DNA of 64,000 nucleotides from Malacoraja senta (Eukaryota), in contig CM075990.1 of the NCBI GenBank assembly GCA_038087875.1, positions 18,106,001 through 18,170,000 of the forward strand, read 5' to 3'. Positions 30,801 through 46,500 of this stretch are shown piece by piece. The notes beneath the pieces were generated by a model. The model searched no databases. It saw only the letters and a list, made by a program, of their open reading frames with translations, and was not told the DNA's origin. Every line of letters starts with the position of its first letter. Within the stretch, counting starts at the first letter, position 1. Made by a program: the position numbers and the translations under genes.

Positions 30801-33800
30801 TAGGAGTCCTGACTGCAGAGACACAATGGTCCTAGTTGGAGATACATCTCCAGGCATTGTCCACATGTCCAAGTGCTTTTACCTTGAGGACTAGAATCTT
30901 CTCACCCAGGACTGTCCGACCCACTGAGTTACTCCCGCACTTTGTCTAATTGTAGAGAAGGATGTTGGAACATTTCAAACATTAAAATGTTATGTTAATT
31001 TGATTTTTCAGCATCGTCATCCTGGATTTGGTCTTTATGGATGTCATAGGAAGATATGGTACCTATATCTAACCCTCTTCAGTTTAATGGGGTAAATGTG
31101 TTAAATTATTGATGGCTTTTCCAAAATTGTTTCTTCAACATCGAGGAGCTCGCAGTCTCTGGTATAGACTGATGTCGGGAAGCTCCAAAGAATGCAAAAG
31201 GTTCGACTAGACCCCGAGTGAGCTGGGATTGAACTCCCCGATGCAGGACCCCCGACACGGACGGCCCGACCGCTGGCTACGGGAGTCAAGATCGTGCCGT
31301 CAACGGGAGGCTCGAGGCAGACCAAAGAAGGGAAGAGTTTGAACTTTGTGTTCTGTTGCATTTTATTGGTATGAGTGTATGGTAAATGAAATTCCTCGTG
31401 TTGCAAAGCATACTTTTTTTGCAACGAGCCACCCCATGCTTGAATCGTGAGTAAATACAGTGCTGGAAGAACTTGGTGGGTTTGACTACCTCTGAAAAAT
31501 GGACAGGTGACTAATTGGGTCCGGAGCTCTCAGTCTGAAATACGGGGGAGAGATGGAAATGAGGTGGGGGTTGGGCACTGCCTGACAGGTGATGGGTGGA
31601 TTACAGGTGAGTGGGTGATAGGCAAATGGATGGAGTAAAGGCTGGAGGTGGAAGTGATCAAACATGTTGGATAAGGACAAGAACTCTGAAATGTGAACCA
31701 GGGTGAGGTGGGGTTGGTAGGTAAAAGTGAAATATGGGACAAGGAGTTGAGAGATGAGCGTACTTCCCTTCATTAACTAAGTAATAACTAATTAATAATA
31801 ACTAAATAATTATAACTAAGTAACAACTAAATAATAACAACTAAATAATAACAACTAACTAGCCCTTTCTTGTACGATCATCTCTCAAAAACAGTCCCAT
31901 ATTCCCTCTATCTCTTCCACCCATCTCTCTCCTAGTTTCATATTTCAGTTCTACTTATTTGGCATTTTGTCCCTTTCACCATGAGCCTTTGGCACTCACT
32001 CCATGCATATGCTAATCACACCTCACATGTACCATCTATTTACTTGCTGGCTTTGTCCTTCGTGCCTCTGCCTCTTTTCACTCTCGTTCATCAGTCTGAG
32101 GAAGGTTGCTGACCTGAGATGTCATCTGTCCATTCCACTTGCAGTCAGGCAGATTGTGCCTGTACTGCTGAATGCCTCCAGCACTTTGTCTTTGGACAGA
32201 GCCATGTTCCCTGGTTGTAGTTGGCTCCTGTTACAGGGAAAGTAGAGTTTAATATTTTTGACTGAAGCTCTGGGGGGTTGGGTTTATCCAGGTATTTCTA
32301 ACCATCTGGACACCACTGAATGTTTGTTTATATCTAATGTTTAAATGGCCACATGAAGAGTAAGGCATCGGGCAACACGGTTGTGAGGACACTTGTGAAA
32401 TATAATGGGTATTTGATATAACTGGGGTGTTGCCGTGCTTGTAAATTGATCAGTGGTGGAGCAACTCGATGGGTACAGCAACATCGCTGGAGAACATGGA
32501 TTGGTAATTCTGGGTTGGGAATCTTCAGACCTTACTCTCTTGAGGTAGTCTAAATATATTCGACTACCATAATATTGGTCCAACCTGTAGGAGTCCTGAC
32601 TGCAGAGACACAATGGTCCTGGTTGGAGATACAACTCCAGGCATTGTCCAAGTGTTTTACCTTGAGGACTAGAATCTTCTCACCCAGGACTGTCCTACGC
32701 ACTGAGTGGGTCGGACAGTCCTTGTGATTGAGGCAGTGCAGCGTAGGTTCACGAGATTGATCCCTGGGATGGCGGGACTGTCATATGAGGAAAGATTGAA
32801 AAGTCTAGGCTTGTATTCACTGGAGTTTAGAAGGATGAGGGGGGGGGGGTCTTATAGAAACATATAAAATTATAAAAGGACTGGACAAGCTAGATGCAAG
32901 AAAAATGTTCCCAATGTTAGGCGAGTCCAGAACCAGGGGCCGCAGTCTTAGAATAAAGGGGAGGTCATTTAAGACTGAGGTGAGAAAAAACGTTTTCACC
33001 CAGAGTTGTGAATTTATGGAATTCCCTGCCACAGAGGGCAGTGGAGGCCAAATCACTGGATGGATTTAAGAGAGAGTTGGATAGAGCTCCACGGGCTAGT
33101 GGAGTCGAGGGATATGGGGAGAAGGCATGCAATGGTTATTGATAGGGGATGATCACAATGAATGGCGGTGCTGGCTCGAAGGGCCGAATGGCATCCTCGT
33201 GCACCTATTTTCTATGTTTCTAAGTTACTCCCACACTTTGTCTAATTGTAGAGAAGGAAGTTGGAACATTTCAAACATTAAAATGTTATGTTAATTTGAT
33301 TTTTCAGCATCAAGTGTACCTGGATTTGGTCTTTATGGATGTCATAGGAAGGTAAGGCACATATTTCTAACTCTCTTCAGTTTAATGGAATAATTGTGTT
33401 ACATTATTGATGGCTGTTCCAAATTTGTTTCTTCAACATCGAGCAGCTCGCAGTCTCTGGTAGAGACCGATGTCGGGAAGCTCCAAAGAACGCAAAAGGT
33501 TCGACTAGACCCCGAGTGAGCTGTGATTGAACCCCCCGATGCAGGACCCCCGACACGGACGGCCCGACTGCCGGCTACGGGAGTCAAGATTTTCCCGTCA
33601 ACGGAAGACTCGAGGCCCCAGACTGCGGGAGACCAAAGAAGGGAAGAGTTTGAACTTTGTGTTCTGTTGCTTTTTATTGGTATGAGTGGATGGTAAATGA
33701 AATTCCTTGTGTTGCAAACATACATTTTTTGCAACACGTGCCACCCCATGCTTGAATCGTGAGTAAACAGTGCTGGAGGAACTTGGTGGGTTTGACAACC

Positions 33801-36800
33801 TCTGAATAAACGGACAGATGACTCATCGGGTCGGGAGCTCTCAGTCTGAAATACAGGGGAGAGCTGGAAATGAGGTGGGGGTTGGGCACTGCCTGACAGG
33901 TGATGGGTGGATTACAGGTGAGTGGGTGATGGGCAAATGGGTGGAGTAAGTGCCAAAGTCTGAAGGTGGAAGTGATGAAACATGTTGGATAAGGACAAGA
34001 ACTCTGAAATGTGAACCAGGGTGAGGTGGGGTTGGTAGGTAAAAGTGAAATATGGGACAGTTGAGAGATGAGCGTACTTCCCTTCATTAACTAAGTAATA
34101 ACTAATTAATAATAACTAAATAATTATAACTAAGTAACAACTAAATAATAACAACAACTAACTAGCCCTTTCTTGTACGATCATCTCTCAGAAACAGTCC
34201 CATATTCCCTCTATCTCTTCCACCCATCTGTCTCCTAGTTTCACATTTCAGTTCTACTTATTTGGCATTTACTCCCTTTCACCTTGAGCCTTTGGCACTG
34301 ACTCCATCCATATGCTAATCACGGCTCGCATGTACCACCTATTAACTTGCTGGCTTTGTCCTGCGTGCCTCTGCCTCTTTTCACACTCTTTCATTAGGTC
34401 TGAGGAAGGTTGCTGACCTGAGATGTCATCTGTCCATTCCACTTGCAGTCAGGCAGATTGTGCCTGTACTGCTGAATGCCTCCAGCACTTTGTCTTTGGA
34501 CAGAGCCATGTTCCTTGGTTGTAGTTGGCTCCTGTTGCAGGGAAAGTAGAGTTTAATATTTTTGACTGAAGCTCTGGAGCGTTGGGTTTTTCCAGGTATT
34601 TTTAACCATCTGGACACCACTGAATGTTTGTTTATCTAACGTTTAAATGTCCACGTGAGGAGTAAGGCATCGGGCAACAAGGTTGGGAGAACACTTGTGA
34701 AATATAATGGGTATTTGATGTAACTAGGGTGTTGCTGTGCTTGTAAATTGTGTCAGTGCTGGAGCAACTCGATGGGTACCGCAACATCGCTGAAGAACAT
34801 GGATTGGTAATTCTGGGTTGGGACTCTTCAGACCTTAATCTCTTGAGCTAGTCTAAATATATTCGACTACATTAATATTGGTCCAACCTGTAGGAGTCCT
34901 GACTGCAGAGACACAATGGTCCTAGTTGGAGATACATCTCCAGGCATTGTCCACATGTCCAAGTATTTTTACCTTGAGGACTAGAATCTTCTCACCCAGG
35001 ACTGTCCGACCCACTGAGTTACTCCCGCACTTTGTCTAATTGTAGAGAAGGATGTTGGAACATTTCAAACATTAAAATGTTATGTTAATTTGATTTTTCA
35101 GCATCAAGTCATCCTGGATTTGGTCTTTATGGATGTCATAGGAAGATAAGGTACCTATATCTAACCCTCTTCAGTTTAATGGGGTAAATGTGTTAAATTA
35201 TTGATGGCTTTTCCAAATTTGTTTCTTAAACATCGAGGAGCTCGCAGTCTCTGGTATAGACTGATGTCGGGAAGCTCCAAAGAATGCAAAAGGTTCGACT
35301 AGACCCCGAGTGAGCTGGGATTGAACCCCCCGATGCAGGACCCCCGACACGGACGGCCCGACCGCTGGCTATGGGAGTCAAGGTCGTGCCGTCAATGGGA
35401 GGCTCGAGGCCTCAGACCAAAGAAGGGAAGAGTTTGAACTTTGTGTTCTGTTGCTTTTTATTGGTATGAGTGTATGGTAAATGAAATTCCTCGTGTTGCA
35501 AAGCATACTTTTTTTGCAACACGAGCCACCCCATGCTTGAATCGTGAGTAAATACAGTGCTGGAAGAACTTGGTGGGTTTGACAACCTCTGAAAAATGGA
35601 CAGGTGACTAATTGGGTCCGGAGCTCTCAGTCTGAAATACGGGGGAGAGATGGAAATGAGGTGGGGGTTGGGCACTGCCTGACAGGTGATGGGTGGATTA
35701 CAGGTGAGTGGGTGATAGGCAAATGGATGGAGTAAAGGCTGGAGGTGGAAGTGATCAAACATGTTGGATAAGGACAAGAACTCTGAAATGTGAACCAGGG
35801 TGAGGTGGGGTTGGTAGGTAAAAGTGAAATATGGGACAAGGAGTTGAGAGATGAGCGTACTTCCCTTCATTAACTAAGTAATAACTAATTAATAATAACT
35901 AAATAATTATAACTAAGTAACAACTAAATAATAACAACTAAATAATAACAACTAACTAGCCCTTTCTTGTACGATCATCTCTCAGAAACAGTCCCATATT
36001 CCCTCTATCTCTTCCACCCATCTCTCGCCTAGTTTCATATTTCAGTTCTACTTATTTGGCATTTTGTCCCTTTCACCATGAGCCTTTGGCACTCACTCCA
36101 TCCATATGCTAATCACACCTCGTGTACCATCTATTTACTTGCTAGCTTTGTCCTTCGTGCCTCTGCCTCTTTTCACTCTCGTTCATCAGTCTGAGGAAGG
36201 TTGCTGACCTGAGATGTCTAATTGTAGAGAAGGAAGTTGGAACATTTCAAACATTAAAATGTTATGTTAATTTGATTTTTCAGCATCAAGTGTACCTGGA
36301 TTTGGTCTTTATGGATGTCATAGGAAGGTAAGGCACATATTTCTAACTCTCTTCAGTTTAATGGAATAATTGTGTTACATTATTGATGGCTGTTCCAAAT
36401 TTGTTTCTTCAACATCGAGCAGCTCGCAGTCTCTGGTAGAGACCGATGTCGGGAAGCTCCAAAGAACGCAAAAGGTTCGACTAGACCCTGAGTGAGCTGT
36501 GATTGAACAGGTGATGGGTGGATACAGGTGAGTGGGTAATGGGCAGATGGGTGGAGTAAGTGACAAAGGCTGAAGGTGAAAGTGATAAAATATGTTGGAT
36601 AAGGACAAGAACTGTGAAATGTAAAGCCATAGGGAGGTGGGTTGGGAAGGTAAAAGGGAAATGTGGGACAAGGAGATGGGAGATGAGTGTACTTCCCTTC
36701 ACCCCCCAAACACCCTGGTGTGCTAATTGACTGACTAACTAACTAATTAACTCACTAATTAACTCACTAACTAACTAACCAACTAACACTGGTCCTTTCC

Positions 36801-38181
36801 CTTCCTCTGTACGCTCATCTCTCAAACAGGAAAGTTGCTGACCTGAGATGTCATCTGTCCATTCCACTTGCAGTCAGGCAGATTGTGCTTGAACTGCTGA
36901 ATGCCTCCAGCACTTTGTCTTTAGACAGAGACATATTCCCTGGTTAATGTAATTGTAGTTGTCTCCTGTTACAGGGAAAGTAGTTTAATATTTGTGGTGT
37001 ATTAATTTGACTGTTTTGTACATCTTTGTCAGCTCTTGGGATCTGGTCTTTCTGGCGATTACTGTAAGGTAAGGCCCCTGTTTCAAAACCTCTCTTGGGT
37101 TTCAGTGTTTGGGGGAAAGATTAGGCAGCACAGTGGTAGAGTTGCTGCCTCACAGCGCCAGAGACCTGGGTTCAATCCTGACAACATGTGTTGTTTGTAT
37201 GTTCTGCCTGTGACAATGTGGGTTTTCTCCAGGTGTTCTGGCTTCCAACACCAAAGACATTCAGATTTGCAGGTTAATTGGTTTTAGTAAACTGTCCCTA
37301 GTGTGTAGGATAGTGCTCGTGTACGGGGTGATTGCTGGATTGTGGTGACTTGGTGGACCAGAGGGCCTGTTTCCACACTTTAGTTGGTCTTAATGTATTT
37401 ATATTAGTACAATGTGAAGAAGGGTCCTGTTCTGAAACGTCACCTATAAATGTTCTGCAGAGATGCTGCCTGACCAGCTGAGTTACTCCAGCACTCCATG
37501 AAATGTCACCTATAAATGTTCTCCAGAGATGCTGCCTGACCTGCTGAGTTACTCCAGCACTGTCTATTTTTTTGTAAACCAGCACCTGCAGTTCCTTGAT
37601 TTTCATCCCAAATCTTCCCTGGTTTCAGGGCTTTTACAAACTTTGGCATCTGTACAATGGGTGAATTACAGGGAAAGGAAACGGGTCACAGACCAATAAA
37701 GCACCATTTTGCAGTAAAGAGAACAATTATATCTAATTTGAGGACAGCAGTCCCAATGTGCAGTGAATTTGTACAACAGGTCGCTCCAATTTGTGGTCAA
37801 CACTCCCACCGTGTGGTGATCCGCTGCACTGCAGGCCCATCCAGTTTGTGGTGAACACTCCCACCGTGTGGTGATCCGCTGCACTGCAGACCCATCCAGT
37901 TTGTGGTCAACACTCCCACCGTGTGGTGATCCGCTGCACTGCAGGTCCATGTGACGTGGACAAAGTACTAGTTTAACTCTGGTCAGGCAGCATCTCTGGA
38001 GAACGTAGACAGGAGTATCTTTTTGTCCACATTTACTGCATTGCACCGCATACCGCACAGTGAGGAATTTCTTTAGTCGGAGGGCGGTGAATCTGTAGAA
38101 TTCACTGCTACAGAAGGCTGTAGAGGCTGTCGATGGATATTTTTAAATTGGAGATAGATTCTTGATTAGCAATGGCGTTAA

Positions 38182-39888
38182 CCATATAACATATAACAAT
38201 TACAGCACGGAAACAGGCCATCTCGGCCCTTCAAGTCCATGCCAAACACTTTTTCTCCCCTAGTCCCATCTACCTGCACTCAGACCATAACCCTCCATTC
38301 CTTTCCCATCCATATACCCATCCAATCTATTTTTAAATGATAAAATCGAACCTGCCTCCACCACTTCCACTGGAAGCTCATTCCACACAGCTACCACTCT
38401 CTTTGAGTAAAGAAGTTCCCCCTAATGTTACCCCTAAACTTCTGTCCCTTAATTCTCAAGTCATGTCCCCCTTGTTTGAATCTTCCCCACTCTCAATGGG
38501 AAAAGCTTATCCACGTCAACTCTGTCTATCCCTCTCATCATTTTAAAGATCTCTATCAAGTCCCCCCTTAACCTTCTGCGCTCCAAAGAATAAAGACCTA
38601 ACTTGTTCAGCCTTTCTCTGTAATTTAGTTGCTGAAACCCAGGCAACATGCTCGTAAATCTCCTCTGTACTCTCTCTATTTTGTTGACATCCTTCCTATA
38701 ATTAGGCAACCAAAATTGTACTCCATACTCCAGAATTGGCCTCACCAATGCCTTGTACAATTTTAAAATTACATCCCAACTTCTATACTCAATGCTCTGA
38801 TTTATAAAGGCCAGCACACCAAAAGCTTTCTTTACCACCCTATCTACATGAGATTCCACCTTCAGGGAACTATGCACAGTTATTCCTAGATCCCTCTGTT
38901 CAACTGCATTCCTCAATTCGCTACCATTTACCATGTACGTCATATTTTGATTTGTCCTGCCAAGATGTAGCACCTCACATTTATCAGCATTAAACTCCAT
39001 CTGCCATCTTTCAGCCCACTCTTCCAAATGGCCTAAATCTCTCTGTAGACTTTGAAAATCTACTTCATTATCCACAACACCACCTATCTTAGTATCATCT
39101 GCATACTTACTAATCCAAATTTCCACACCATCATCCAGATCATTGATGTACATGACAAACAACAGTGGACCCAACAGACCCCTGAGGCACCCCACGAGTC
39201 ACCGGCCTCCAACCTGACAAACAGCCATCCACCATTACTCTCTGGCATCTCCCATTCAGCCACTGTTGAATCCATCTTGCTACTCCACCATTAATACCCA
39301 ACAATTGAATCTTCTTAACCAGCCTTCCATGTCAAAGACCTTGTCAAAGGCCTTACTGAAGTCCATATAGACAACATCCACTGCTTTACCCTCATCAATT
39401 TCCCTAATAACCTCTTTGAAAAATTCTAGAAGATTAGTCAAACATGACCTTCCAGGCACAAATCCATGTTGACTGTTCTTAATCAGACCCTGTTTATCCA
39501 GATGCTTATATATATTATCCCTAAGTATCCTTTCCATTAATTTGCCCACCACTGACGTCAAAGTAACAGGTCTATAATTGCTAGGTTTACTCTTAGAACC
39601 CTTTTTAAACAATGGAACAACATGCGCAGTACGCCAATCCTCCGGCACTATTCCAGTTTCTAATGACATTTGAAATATTTCTGTCATAGCCCCTGCTATT
39701 TCTACACTAACTTCCCTCAATGTCCTAGGGAATATCCTGTCGGGACCTGGAGACTTATCCGTTTTCATATTTTTCAAAAGTGTCCACACCTCCTCTTCTT
39801 TGAATCTCATAGTTTCCATCGCTACTCTGCTTGTTTCCCTTACCTCGCATAATTCCATATCGTTCTCCTTGGTGAATACCGAAGAAAA
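38182..39888 (-). mobile_element. CR1 LINE RT fragment, unit 3 copy
   Basis: Identical ORFs 38461-39195 and 39280-39966. Confidence 0.92.
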
Positions 39889-42800
39889 TGGAGTTACAGG
39901 GATGTGGTCACTCCAACACCACAGGAGGCAGGCAAGTGGATCACGGTTGGGAGAGGCAAGGGGCACAGGCAGGGACTAGAGAGTACCCCGGTGGCTGTAC
40001 ACCTTGACAGCAAGTACTCCTGTTTGAGCACTGTTGGGGTGGACAGCCTACCTGGGGGTAGTGACAGCGGCCGGGCCTCCGGTATAGAGACCGGCCCTGT
40101 TGCTCAGAAGGGCAAGGAAAAGAAGAGGAGGGCAATACTAATAGGGGTCAGACAGGCGATTCTGTGGACGCAGTCGGGAGACCCGGATGGTAGTTTGCCT
40201 CCCTGGTGCCAGGGTCTGTGATGTGTCTCAACGTGTCCAAGATATCCTGAAAGGGCAGGGAGAGGAGCCCGAGGTCATGGTACATATAGGTACCAATGAC
40301 ATAGGTAAAAAAAGAGAAGAGGTCCTGATAGGAGAATTTAGGGCGTTAGGAGGGGAGTTAAAGAGAAGGACAGCAAAGGTAACAATCTCGGGATTACTGC
40401 TTGTGCCATGGAGGATAAATGCGTGGCTGAAGGACTGGTGCAGAAGGCAGGGATTCAAATTTCTGGATCATTGGGACCTCTTTTGTGGAAGGTTCGACCT
40501 GTACAAAAAGGATGGTTTGCACTTGAACCTGAGGGGGACCGATATCCTGGCGGGGAGATCTGCAAAGGCTACTGGGGAGACTTTAAACTAGAATGGTTGG
40601 GGGGAGGGACTCAAATAGAGAATGCTATTAGACAGTGTGTGAGGCAGGAGGCAGAGAAGGAAAGCACTCAGACCCAACATGTAGGGGGGAAAGAAGAAAA
40701 CAACAATAAACAGAGAATAAGAGGTGGTGGGGTTCTTAAATGGGTGAGCAGAGAAACAGAGGGGTGTAAAATGCGGGCGGAAGCAATAGGTAGCAAGGTG
40801 AAAAGTAAACGTGGCAGGCAGACAAATCCAGGGCAAAAATCAAAAAGAGCCACTTTTCAACATAATTGTATAAGGGGTAAGAGCGTTGTAAAAACAAGCC
40901 TGAAGGTTTTGTGTCTCAATGCAAGGAGCATTCGTAATAAGGTGGATGAGTTGAACATGCAGATAGCAATTAATGATTATGATATAGTTGGGATCACGGA
41001 GACATGGCTCCAGGGTGACCAAGGCTGGGAGCTGAACATCCAGGGATATTCAATATTCAGGAGGGATAGAGAGAAAGGAAAAGGAGGTGGGGTAGCGTTG
41101 CTGGTTAGAGAGGAGATTAACGCAGTGGAAAGGAAGGACATTAGCTTGGAGGATGTGGAATCGGTATGGGTAGAGCTGCGAAACACTAAGGGGCAGAAAA
41201 CGCTGGTGGGTGTTGTGTACAGGCCACCTAGCAGTACTAGTGAAGTTGGGGATGGCATCAAACAGGAAATTAGAAATGCGTGCAACAAAGGCAAAACAGT
41301 TATAATGGGTGACTTCAATCTACATATAGATTGGGTGAATCAAATTGGCAGGGGTGCCGAGGAAGAGGATTTCTTGGAATGTATGCGGGATAGTTATCTA
41401 AACCAACATGTAGAGGAACCAACGAGAGAGCAGGCTATTCTAGACTGGGTATTGAGTAATGAGGAAGGGTTAGTTAGCAGTCTTGTTGTGCGTGCCCCCT
41501 TGGGCAAGAGTGACCATAATATGGTTGAGTTCTTCATTAGGATGGAGAGTGACATTGTTAATTCAGAAACAACGGTTCTGAACTTAAAGAAAGGAAACTT
41601 TGAGGGTATGAGACGTGAATTGGCCAAGATTGACTGGCAATTAGTTCTAAAAGGGTTGACGGTGGATATGCAATGGAAGGCATTTAAAGACTGCATGGAT
41701 GAACTACAAAAATTGTTCATCCCAGTTTGGCAAAAGAATAAATCCGGGAAGGTAGTGCATCCGTGGATAACAAGGGAAATCAGGGATAGTATCAAAGCAA
41801 AAGATGATGCATACAAATTAGCCAGAAAAAGCAGCATACCAGAGGACTGGGAGAAATTCAGAGACCAACAGAGGAGGACAAAGGGCTTAATTAGGAAAGG
41901 GAAAATAGATTATGAAAGGAAACTGGCAGGGAACATAAAAACTGACTGCAAAGGTTTTTATAGATATGTGAAGAGAAAGAGATTAGTTAAAACAAATGTA
42001 GGTCCCTTGCAGTCAGAAACAGGTGAATTGATCATGGGGAACAAGGATATGGCGGACCCATTGAATAACTACTTTGGTTCCGTCTTCACTAAGGAAGACA
42101 TAAATAATCTGCCGGAAATAGCAGGGGGCCGCGGGTCAAAGGAGATGGAGGAACTGAGTGAAATCCAGGTTAGTCGGGAAGTGGTGTTGGGTAAATTGAA
42201 TGGATTAAAGGCCGATAAATCACCAGGGCCAGAGGCTGCATCCCAGAGTACTTAAGGAAGTAGCTCCAGAAATAGTGGATGCATTAGTGATAATTTTTCA
42301 AAACTCCTTAGATTCTGGAGTAGTTCCTGAGGATTGGAGGGTAGCAAACGTACCACATTTTGACAAGGTACCACATAAGAGATTAGGATACAAACTTAAA
42401 TCACACAGTATTGGGGGTTCAGTATTGATGTGGATAGAGAACTGGCTGGCAAACAGGAAGCAAAGAGTAGGAGTAAACGGGTCCTTTTCACAATGGCAGG
42501 CAGTGACTAGTGGGGTACCGCAAGGCTCAGTGCTGGGACCCCAGCTATTTACAATTTATATTAATGATCTGGACGAGGGAATTGAAAGCAACATCTCCAA
42601 GTTTGCGGATGACACTAAGCTGGGGGGCAGTGTTAGCTGTGAGGAGGATGCTAGGAGACTGCAAGGTGACTTTGATAGGCTGGGTGAGTGGGCAAATGTT
42701 TGGCAGATGCAGTATAATGTGGATAAATGTGAGGTTATCCACTTTGGTGGCGAAAACGGGAAGGCAGACTATTATCTAAATGGTGGCCGATTAGGAAATG

Positions 42801-43536
42801 GGGAGGTGCAGCGAGACCTGGGTGTCATGGTACACCAGTCCTTGAAAGTAGGCATGCAGGTGCAGCAGGCAGTGAAGAAAGCGAATGGTATGTTGGCCTT
42901 CATAGCAAGAGGATTTGAGTATAGGAGCAGGGAGGTTCTACTGCAGTTGTACAGGGTCTTGGTGAGACCACACCTGGAGTATTGCGTACAGTTTTGGTCT
43001 CCAAATCTGAGGAAGGACATTATAGCCATAGAGGGAGTGCAGAGAAGGTTCACCAGACTGATTCCTGGGATGTCAGGACTTTCATATGAAGAAAGACTGG
43101 ATAGACTTGGCTTATACTCGCTAGAATTTAGGAGATTGAGAGGGGATCTTATAGAAACGTACAAAATTCTTATGGGGTTGGACAGGCTAGATGCAGGAAG
43201 ATTGTTCCCGATGTTGGGGAAGTCCAGGACAAGGGGTCACAGCTTAAGGATAAGGGGGAAATCCTTTAAGACCGAGATGAGGAAAAACGTTTTCACACAG
43301 AGTGGTGAATCTCTGGAACTCTCTGCCACAGAGGGTAGTTGACGCCAGTTCATTGGCTATATTTAAGAGGGAGTTAGATGTGGCCCTTGTGGCTAAAGGG
43401 ATCGGGGGGTATGGAGAGAAGGCAGGTACGGGATACTGAGTTGGATGATCAGCCATGATCATATTGAATGGCGGTGCAGACTCGAAGGGCCGAATGGCCT
43501 ACTCCTGCACCTATTTTCTATCTATCTATCTATCTA
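39889..43536 (+). mobile_element. Composite CR1 LINE, unit 3 copy (17-bp ORF1 deletion, 2-bp ORF2 frameshift)
   Basis: ORFs 39904-40221, 40187-40591, 40408-42255, 42275-43342. Confidence 0.92.
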
Positions 43537-46500
43537 ATTCTATCACCCTGAAGCAACGAAATCCTGGAATATTTAGTTTCCAATCACAGCCATCCTGCAA
43601 CCATGTTTCACTGATCGCCACAACATCATACTTCCCGGTGTCAATCCAGGCTCTAAGCTCATCCACCTTTCTTACAATGCTCCTAGCATTTAAATATACA
43701 CATTTAAGAAACCCACCACCTCTTATTCTCTGTTTATTATCTTTTTCTTCTTTGTCCCCTACATGTTGGGTCCGAGTGCTTCCCTTCTCTGCCTCCTGCC
43801 TCGCACCCTGACTACTAGCTTTCCCTATTCGAGTCCCTCCCCCCAACCGTTCTAGTTTAAAGTCTCCCCAGTTGCCTTTGCAAATCTCCCCGCCAGGATA
43901 TTGGCGTTGAACGTTACGGGGTCTGAATGATGATCTCGTCCCAAAATGTCACCTGTTCCTTCTCACCAGAGATGCTGCCTGACCCGCTGAGTTACTCCAG
44001 CTCGTTGTCTCACCATACATTTGGGTGCATCTACATTGTTACTATCCATTTCTTCAGTACTCTCGGTTATACTCTCATCCTTGGCTCTGCTCTTGGCCTT
44101 TCCACCCTGACTTGACAATTTTTGACTGAAAATCTGGGGGGTTGAGTTTTTCCAGGTATTTTTAACCAACTGGACACCATTAAATGTTTGTTTATATAGA
44201 ACGTTTCAATGTCCACGTGTAGAGTACTGCATCAGGCAACAAGGTTGGGAGAACACTTGTGAAATTTAATGTGTATTTGATGGGGTAACTGGGGTGTTGA
44301 TGTGCTTGTCAATTGCAAGTCAGTGCTGGAGCAACTCGATGGGTCCAGCAATGTCACTGGAGAATATGGATTGGTAATTCTGGGTTGGGACTCTTCAGAC
44401 CCTTAAGAATTTTAGTCTAAATATATTCGACTACCTTAATATTGGTCCAACCTGTAGGAGTCCTGACTGCAGAGACACAATGGTCCTGGTTGGAGATACA
44501 TCTCCAGGCATTGTCCACATGTCCAAGTGTTGTTACCTTGAGGACTAGAATCTTCCCACCCAGGACTGTCTGACCCACTGAGTTACTCCAGCACTTTGTC
44601 TAATTGTAGAGAAGGACGTTGGAACATTTCAAACAGTAAAATGTTATGTTAATTTGATTTTTCAGCATCAAGTCTTCCTGGATTTGGTCATTCTGGAAGT
44701 CATAGGAAGGTAAGGTACCTATTTCTAACTCTCTTCAGTTCAATGGGATAAATGTGTTAAATTATTGATGGCTTTTCAAAATTTGTTTCTTCAACATCGA
44801 GGAGCTTGAAGTCTCTGGTAGAGACCGATGTCGGGAAGTTCCAAAGAACGCAAAAGGTTCAACTAGACCCCAAGTGAGCTGGGATTCAACCCCCCGATGC
44901 AGGACCCCCGACACGGACGGCCTGACCGCCGGCTATGGGAGTCGAGATCGTGCGTCAACGGAAGGCTCGAGGCCCCAGACCGCGGGAGACCAAAGAAGGG
45001 AAGAGTTTGAAATTTGTGTTCTGTTGCTTTTTATTGGTATGAGTGGATGGTAAATGAAATTCCTCGAGTTGCAAACATACTTTTTTTGCAACACGAGCCA
45101 CCCCATGCTTGAATCGTGAGTAAATACACAGTGTTGGAGGAACTTGGTGGGTTTGACAACCTCTGAAGAAATGGACAGATGACTCATTGGGTCAGGAGCT
45201 CTCAGTCTGAAATATGGGGGAGAGCTGGAAATGAGGTGGGGGTTGGGCACTGCCTGACAGGTGATGGGTGGATTACAGGTGAGTGGGTGATGGGCAAATG
45301 GATGGAATAAGTGCCAAAGTCTGAAGGTGGAAGTGATGAAACATGTTGGATAAGGACAAGAACTGTGAAATGTAAAACCAGGGTGAGGTGGAGTTGGAAG
45401 GTAAAAGGGAAATATGGGACAGTTGAGAGATGAGCACACTTACCTTCATTAACTAAGTAATAACTAAATAGTAATAACTAAATAGTAATAACTAAATAGT
45501 AATAACTAAATAGTAATAACAACTAACTAGTCCTTTCTTGTACGCTCATTTCTCAAACAGTTCCATATTCCCTCTATCCATTCCACCCATCTCTCTCCTA
45601 GTTTCATATTTCCGTTCTCTGCTTATTTGGCATTTTGTCCCTTTCACCTTGAGCCTTTGGCACTCACTCCATCCATATGCTAATCACGCCTCACATGTAC
45701 CACCTATTTACTTGCTGGCTTTGTCCTGCATGCCTCTGCATCTTTTCACTCTCTCATCAGTCTTTGGAAGGTTGCTGACCTGAGATGTCATCTGTCCATT
45801 CCACTTGCAGTTAGGCAGATTGTGCCTGTACTGCTGAATGCCTCCAGCACTTTGTCTTTGGACAGAGCCATGTTCCCTGGTTGTAGTTGGCTCCTGTTAC
45901 AGGGAAAATAGAGTTTAATATTTTTGACTGGAGCTCTGTGGGATTGGGTTTTTCCAGGTATTTTTAACCATCTGGACACCACTGAATGTTTGTTTATATC
46001 TAATATCTAACGTTTAAATGTCCACGTGAGGAGTAAGGCATCGGGCAACAAGGTTGGGAGAACACTTGTGAAATATAATGGGTATTTGATGTAACTGGGG
46101 TGTTGCTGTGCTTGTAAATTGTGTCAGTGCTGGAGCAACTCGATGGGTACAGCAACATCGCTGGGGAACATGGATTGGTAATTCTGGGTAGGGACTCTTC
46201 AGACCTTAATCTCTTGAGCTAGTCTAAATATATTCGACTACATTAATATTGGTCCAACCTGTAGGAGTCCTGACTGCAGAGACACAATGGTCCTAGTTGG
46301 AGATACATCTCCAGGCATTGTCCACATGTCCAAGTGCTTTTACCTTGAGGACTAGAATCTTCTCACCCAGGACTGTCCGACCCACTGAGTTACTCCCGCA
46401 CTTTGTCTAATTGTAGAGAAGGATGTTGGAACATTTCAAACATTAAAATGTTATGTTAATTTGATTTTTCAGCATCGTCATCCTGGATTTGGTCTTTATG

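Larger units (their letters stand above)
21027..36506. repeat. Macrosatellite unit 2 (15,480 bp)
   Basis: Near-identical copy; same junction at 36507. Confidence 0.95.
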
